From contig CM097885.1 of NCBI GenBank assembly GCA_044892525.1, forward strand, positions 8,682,001-8,746,000: DNA of 64,000 nucleotides, written 5' to 3'. The stretch's first letter is position 1, and each line of letters opens with the position of its first letter. A model generated the notes under the pieces. That model made no database searches. It had not been told where the DNA came from and saw only the letters and a list, made by a program, of their open reading frames with translations. The DNA comes from Schmidtea polychroa (Eukaryota). The translations under genes were made by a program, and so were the position numbers. Below, in pieces: positions 58,250-64,000 of this stretch.

Positions 58250-58738
58250 TTATGACTGTGTTACTCCACCTAATAATGATAATGCCAAAGGTATCAATGC
58301 ACCAATAAATCCGCCTTGTTGTTTATATATAATTTTTCTCATTTGTTTACGATTTTTATTATTTACTAATGATAACAAAGGTTTCCTATGTTTACTCAAT
58401 ATATGCTTTTTGGATTTACTGATTTTAATCTTGCCTTTGACTACTTTAAGTATAATATCCAGTAAATCATCGACAACAAAATTTGGAAATGATTGCAAAA
58501 TATTCATTCTTTTTATACTCGGTGCCTTTAACAATGTATTAAAAAACGGGAAACTCCGATGATTTTTAACAACTTTTAATTTCTTACTGGTTTTACGGTT
58601 AGGTTTAGGTTTAGGATTTTTCGAAATAAGATTTTTTGCAGGAAAATTTTCAGTAACAAGTTCTTTAGATGGAGTATAACTAGTGGTTGGTGGAATTTTT
58701 GGTTCTTTCTTCCTTGTTATCCTTGTTTTTGAAAACAT
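58250..58738 (-). CDS. Lys/Arg-rich putative virion core protein with GG/F protease site and hydrophobic C-terminal helix
   Basis: Very basic; ends RKIIYKQQGGFIGALIPLALSLLGGVTQS; lies between ATPase and integrase. Confidence 0.7.
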   Translation of the reverse strand: MFSKTRITRKKEPKIPPTTSYTPSKELVTENFPAKNLISKNPKPKPNRKTSKKLKVVKNHRSFPFFNTLLKAPSIKRMNILQSFPNFVVDDLLDIILKVVKGKIKISKSKKHILSKHRKPLLSLVNNKNRKQMRKIIYKQQGGFIGALIPLALSLLGGVTQS

Positions 58739-58750
58739 GTTTTATATGTT

Positions 58751-59389
58751 TCAACTTTGTTTTGAATTTTGTTTATAAACCATGGCACCTTTTGGGTTGA
58801 AAATATCAGTTTTTACCCGTAAATCATCAGGACATTGTTGTGTGAAATCAAGAAATATATATCCATGCGGTATTTTAGTAGCATCTTGAAATGCACTGAT
58901 AAGAAAATTACGGTTATTAGGGTATGCTTGTCGTCCAAGAAAATCAATGACAGTTGCATCTCTAGGATTCTTGAAAATAACTAAATATTGTACATTTAAA
59001 TTACGTGTACGATGTGCACCACCTTGATGAAATAGATTTTGTGTTATGAAAATAACTGTTACACCGACATGTCTGCTGATTTTTGTGAATAAATTATTAA
59101 AATCTTTTTCTTTATTGGCTTCTTGGTATAAATCATCGATAATGATGACATCACCTTTCTTCAACCGACTGGACCAGTTTTTATCAAATCCCTTTACTAT
59201 TTTCATGTTTTTCAACTGACAGAAACTTGATTGCGTCAATCCATGTTCTTCGTCGGCGCCCCTATGCCAATAAATATTGTTGAATTTTGTTTTGAATAAA
59301 TTTGATTTTAGTATTTTACAAACAAATAATGTTTTTCCGCTACCGCTTGGACCAACGATTTGGTATACTGCATCATTTCGTAATTTCAT
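58751..59389 (-). CDS. FtsK/A32-like genome packaging ATPase
   Basis: Walker A GPSGSGKT, Walker B VIIIDDL, SRH...IFITQNLF, RTRNLN.QY.VIFKNPRD, PHGYIFLD. Confidence 0.93.
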   Translation of the reverse strand: MKLRNDAVYQIVGPSGSGKTLFVCKILKSNLFKTKFNNIYWHRGADEEHGLTQSSFCQLKNMKIVKGFDKNWSSRLKKGDVIIIDDLYQEANKEKDFNNLFTKISRHVGVTVIFITQNLFHQGGAHRTRNLNVQYLVIFKNPRDATVIDFLGRQAYPNNRNFLISAFQDATKIPHGYIFLDFTQQCPDDLRVKTDIFNPKGAMVYKQNSKQS

Positions 59390-59490
59390 TTTTTAAATTT
59401 AAACTACATAATTATTGTTTATATTGATAATTTAAATGAACTCCGTTTTAAAATAAATATATATATGAGTTTTATAATTATTTCATTAAA

Positions 59491-59955
59491 ATGCTTTCAA
59501 ATATAAATTACAGAGCAAAAGCTGATGTATCAAAAATGGTATTTCCAATGGGGAAACCACAACAACTTATCAATAGAAGTAAAAAATATCCCATAATATA
59601 TTTCAAAACTGGTAAATGTAGAATTATGGGGTGTAAGGAAATAATCAAAGCTAGTGAATATAATGTTTATGATTTAAAAATACAATCGATAACCGTAACT
59701 TCCTATATGGGTTTTTCTTGTAATTTAAATGAATTGGCTAAATTAATACCATGTGTTTACGAACCAGAATTATTTCCAGCTTTGAGATATATAAAATATA
59801 ACCCTATGTGTGTAAATATATTCGCTAGTGGTAAGATAGTAATTCTTGGAATAAAAAATATTGATTACAAATGTATAGTTGATAATATCATATCTGAAAT
59901 TAAATCAATAATTGAAGGAAAAGAATTTTTAAATTTTTTATTATCACTTAATTAA
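59491..59955 (+). CDS. TATA-binding protein (TBP)-like protein
   Basis: Two TBP half-repeats: IIYFKTGKCRIMGCK and IQSITVT...NLNELA...YEPELFPALRY...VNIFASGKIVILGIK. Confidence 0.85.
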   Translation: MLSNINYRAKADVSKMVFPMGKPQQLINRSKKYPIIYFKTGKCRIMGCKEIIKASEYNVYDLKIQSITVTSYMGFSCNLNELAKLIPCVYEPELFPALRYIKYNPMCVNIFASGKIVILGIKNIDYKCIVDNIISEIKSIIEGKEFLNFLLSLN

Positions 59956-60091
59956 TAATTTTAAAAAATAAAATCATGTGATTGCAAATTCGATGCAACT
60001 GAAATGCATGATTCTGATTGGTCGAAATCTAATTGGCTGATGATGATTATTTATAACAAAATGTTTTGGGTTTAGTTATCATTTTTAAACC

Positions 60092-60464
60092 ATGTATAAT
60101 ATTCAAAGTTCAGCTATAGCTGCCATGAAAGAACATGAACATTATGGTAAATTTAAATTTTTTAATATTAATTGTATTTATCATATTATTATTATTTACA
60201 GATGAATATCATGCAATAATACTGGAAAGATTGTATTTTTATTACCCGCAATTGTATGATATTCTCAAAGATCGAGATGTTGCAATAATCCCAGATTTAA
60301 TTTACAATGAAACCAGAATCTGGATTTTCGATATTATCAATACATTTCTCTGGGATGTGAAGATTGGAAGAACAATGAAGGAAGTGGAAGCAGAATACCC
60401 TTGCATTTTGGGATGTAGCTGTTGCAATTTCGCTACCAGAGATATGTCGAATGGTCTTTGGTAA
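60092..60464 (+). CDS. Hypothetical accessory protein; spliced 60092-60146 + 60202-60464
   Basis: ATTGG x2, TTATAA and TTAGTT upstream; AAACCATG start; 55-nt GTAAAT...TTACAG phase-1 intron gives MYNIQSSAIAAMKEHEHYDEYHAIILERL...CILGCSCC. Confidence 0.6.
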
Positions 60465-60575
60465 AGACACTTCGTAATTATCATTTTTGTCAAATTTTAT
60501 CCAAATAAATTTTTATGTTTAACTATTTGTTGTTTTATTTTTTTTTTAGTAAATAGTAATAGAAATATAAATAAG

Positions 60576-60680
<105 letters not shown>

Positions 60681-60867
60681 AATGAAATTAGTTTGAAAGT
60701 AATAAAAGCAATAAAAATAATAATATGACACATATAACATATGACAATGCAACATCAATGCATTTTGAATGTAATTAAAACAAAGACATACTGCAATTTG
60801 ATTGGTTTATAAACAATAGTCATATGTATAAAAACCCTGTACCATTACAATTCAATCATAATTCACG

Positions 60868-61290
60868 ATGACCAAGAAAATATCAAGCACAGAAAAACCA
60901 AAGGTTGTTGTTGCAGAACTTGTACAACCTGTTCAAATGTTCCACGACTACAAAATGTATTTTTTAAAAGAAGAAATCAATATGAAATTGGTGTCACCGA
61001 TCAAGCTAATTTCTACTCAATTTCAATTCTTATCCGGCACACTTTCAATGATAGATGTTGAATCTATTGATGAGGTTTTCAAACGGTTGGATGCAAATCT
61101 ATCATGTAATCAACATGCATGGTTCAACAACCGATATGCAAGATTTTATGATTCCTTTGATGAAATCAGCTTTAAAGAAAACGAAAATTGGTATATAACA
61201 ATAGCAATCTTGGGATATAAAGTTGATAATAATGATGTGTATTCTCCAATTTGGAAAATTATGTCTGCTAGACTTTCACAGCTATTTTAA
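60868..61290 (+). CDS. Hypothetical 140-aa accessory protein (possibly an OB-fold ssDNA-binding protein)
   Basis: ATG ORF with ATTGG/TATAAA upstream and AATAAA downstream; beta-rich aromatic C-terminus WYITIAILGYK...SPIWKI. Confidence 0.65.
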   Translation: MTKKISSTEKPKVVVAELVQPVQMFHDYKMYFLKEEINMKLVSPIKLISTQFQFLSGTLSMIDVESIDEVFKRLDANLSCNQHAWFNNRYARFYDSFDEISFKENENWYITIAILGYKVDNNDVYSPIWKIMSARLSQLF

Positions 61291-61448
61291 TAAATGTTGC
61301 TATATTTATTGTTTTTAATAAATGTATTTTGTCCTATTTGTTTTTCATTTACTTAACCAGGAAATTGCAATATCAATGCAAAATACATGCAAACTTTAAA
61401 AAAGACATTCTATAAACAAACTTACATTATAGTTTTAAAGTGTTAATA

Positions 61449-61870
61449 ATGACGTTAGAAAAAGGTTAATATGGTTAGTTAATGATCGAATTATTTATTG
61501 TTTAGAACATTTAATCAACTTTTTGTTGGCAAAATTAGCAGAAATATCTGGTGTAAAAATGGAGGATATATTATCTGTTTCAAATGCATTAAATATAGAC
61601 TGGGTAGCCGAGAGTGAAGATTCAAGATTTGATGAAACTGATGAGGAAATAACAGAACAAATTAATGAAGGAAACACACAAGAAGATGACGAGGAAATCA
61701 TTCAAGAAATTGATGAACCTATTGATGAACCTAAGGAGGAATTTACGGATTATATAACTGAAAATATTAAGTATACCGAACCGCGTGTATATAACGATTG
61801 TATAGATCATATCGTTGAAAATGTTATGAAATGCGGAGATGATGAATGTGAATGTGTTAATAAATTTTAG
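61449..61870 (+). CDS. Hypothetical acidic accessory protein; spliced 61449-61464 + 61506-61870
   Basis: TATAAA at 61411; 41-nt GTTAAT...TTTAG phase-1 intron gives MTLEKEHLINFLLAKLAEISG...; D/E-rich centre and Cys-rich end. Confidence 0.55.
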
Positions 61871-61971
61871 TTTGAGTGTATATTTAAAGTATAATATTTA
61901 TAAATAACAACATTAACTTTTATTTAAATATTTAAACATTACATATATTAGGTAGAAGTGAGCCCACGATA

Positions 61972-62044
61972 ACTCATCGTTAAGGTCAACTTAAGGTCAT
62001 AGAAAATTTTGAGGTCAACTTAAGGTCAATGTCATTTTCAATAA
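61972..62044. repeat. AGGTCA repeat cluster (reverse-complement relative of 49431-49828); truncated TIR-like segment
   Basis: TAAGGTCAACTTAAGGTCATAGAAAATTTTGAGGTCAACTTAAGGTCAATGTCATTTTCAA. Confidence 0.6.
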
Positions 62045-63594
62045 AAATTTATTTAAAACTTGATGTGTTTTTACTTGCCGATTTCTTCCAACAATTTCGA
62101 GCAAGATCAAAAGCACATAATGGACTCGAGCCACTCAATTTTTTTGGAATCCCTGGAATGTCTTGGGCATCTGCGCTCATGACCTTAGAAGAACCAGTGG
62201 AATTACTGATGGACATGGAGATGTATAATTTCTTCGAGGATGGGATCCGTGGTGGTCTCACATTTGTAAATAAACACTTCGCAGTAACAGATGATGAAAC
62301 AGAGTTGCTTTATATCGATATAAACAACCTGTATGGGTGGGCGTTAAGCCAATACTTGCCATGTAGCGATTTTGAGTGGATATATAATGAAGTGGAATTA
62401 TTATCCATTTTAGTTGACTGTATTAGTTCGAAACTAGAAAATTTAACTTATGGATACACATTGGAAGTTGATTTAGTCATCCCGTCAAATATCCACGACC
62501 TATTAGACGATTTCCCAGTCGTAGCAGAGAAAATGTGTCCACCAGATTCAAATGTACCAAAATTATTATTAACCCATCATGCGAAAACTAATTATGTTAT
62601 TCATTGGAGACTTTTGAAATTATATATGGCCCTTGGAGTGGAAGTCACCAATATACATCGGGCAATAAAATTTACACAAAAGCCGATATTGAAGGATTAT
62701 ATCAACACAAATACCCAACTTCGAGCTGAATCACAAAATAGTTTAGATAGAGATTTTTATAAACTTTTAAATAATAGTGTTTACGGCAAGACAGTGGAGA
62801 ATCTGAAGAAAAGAATAAATCTGAGATTGTGCAACAATGCCGAAAAATTGGTTAAATACACTTCAAAGCCAACATTTAGACGTTCAATTAAAATTGCTGA
62901 TGATTTGATTGCCCTTTTGCTGAATAAAGATGTAGTTTGTTTAGATAGGCCTAGCTACATTGGTCAAACAGTGCTAGACTTATCTAAACTTAGAATGTAT
63001 GAACTACAATATATTGAACTGTCAAAATATCGAGCACAGTTCAATTGCCAAATAAATATCATAGCCGGGGATACAGACTCATTCTTCCTCGAATGTAAAT
63101 ATGTCAAATTGCGATCACAATTACTTCCTGCAATGATTGCTGACGGATTGTTAGACAGCAGCAACTACGATCCTACAGATCCATTATATTCACGAAATTT
63201 GGATTCTGTAATTGGGAAATTCAAGGACGAAAACAAAGGCAAATCATATGAAGAATGGGTATTCCTCAGACCCAAATGCTATAGTTTGCTAACTAGTGAT
63301 AATGATACTATAAATAAAGCCAAAGGTGTATCATTAAAGGGAACAGAAATCACACATCAATCGTATGTGGATTGTTATCTTGGAATGCATATACCGAAGG
63401 TGAATCAATCCCGGTTTGGTACACGAAACCATCAATTATTTACATTTAGAACTAAGAAGGTAGCCCTTACAAATAACGATGATAAAAGGGTTTGGGTTGA
63501 AGAGAACAAGAGCTTCGCATATGGGCATTATAATATTTTAGATAATGAATTAAATAATATTTTGCCTCTTGATGAATCATCTGCAGACGAATGA
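62045..63594 (+). pseudogene. polB: Second, 5'-truncated copy of pPolB (duplicate of 53230-54779)
   Basis: Offset 8815 bp; identical except 4 amino-acid changes and at least 1 silent change. The first codons of the track ORF derive from the repeat. Confidence 0.93.
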
Positions 63595-63770
63595 TAATGA
63601 TTAATGGTAATGATTTATCCGTTTTATTTTTAAAAATATTTTTATTTTTATTTTAGTTTCTGTACAGTTTCTCCAGTTTTGACACAGTTTCTGAACAGTT
63701 TTGAAAACAGATGAGAACGAACCACCAATATAATGATTCATTTGTAACTTTTGTAATGGCACTTGTTGTA

Positions 63771-64000
63771 TACATGAGCTTGCAATTGGTAAATACATGG
63801 GATTATCGATATTTATATTGACAACTTCATCGTGTTCATATTTTCCAATCCATACCGATTTCAATAGAGGAACACTGGAATCACCAACAATTATGGGCTC
63901 AATAATATTAGTATATATGAACATTTGTTGATGATGTTCAAGTATTCTTGGTTTACGTATACCATCAGCTTTTCCTCGATATTTTTGCTTCTCTAATCCA
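63771..64000 (-). pseudogene. Second copy of penton, C-terminus removed by a 1238-bp deletion
   Basis: 63771 onward matches 56194 onward and is joined directly to the equivalent of 54955. Confidence 0.9.

Noticed and set aside
63601..63924. 107-aa ORF as a new gene
   Set aside because: Chimera of penton and intergenic DNA created by the deletion; it continues off the window.

Overview
AT-rich eukaryotic genomic DNA. The short GT-AG introns and (AAT)n/(TA)n microsatellites suggest an invertebrate, but the host cannot be named from sequence alone. (1) 1-49245: a head-to-tail array of 48 complete, nearly identical ~1.02-kb units, which runs off the left edge. Each unit looks like a complete Pol II gene: CCAAT/TATA/Inr-like promoter, 14-codon exon 1, 48-nt intron, exon 2 and AATAAA. 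It encodes a ~196-aa protein with a C-terminal IAP/MDM2-type C3HC4 RING and no BIR domain; the track's TTG-start 163-aa ORF is only part of exon 2. Units differ almost only in (AAT)n length, and the array ends inside an (AAT)n tract. (2) 49280-49830: a hairpin and a TGACCTTG/TGAGTCA repeat, followed by ~2.3 kb of host-like DNA with three small exons. (3) 52200-64000: a rearranged, defective Polinton/Maverick (adintovirus-like) element. It carries a 5'-truncated protein-primed PolB, an adenain-like protease, a major capsid gene reduced to its last ~47 codons, a penton, a DDE integrase with chromodomain, basic core-like proteins and a packaging ATPase. Accessory genes include a TBP homolog. A partial tandem duplication (period 8815 bp) with a further 1.24-kb deletion follows. 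Several element genes contain spliceosomal micro-introns. Main hypothesis: a Polinton accessory RING gene has been amplified into a gene 'accordion' by recombination between flanking microsatellites.
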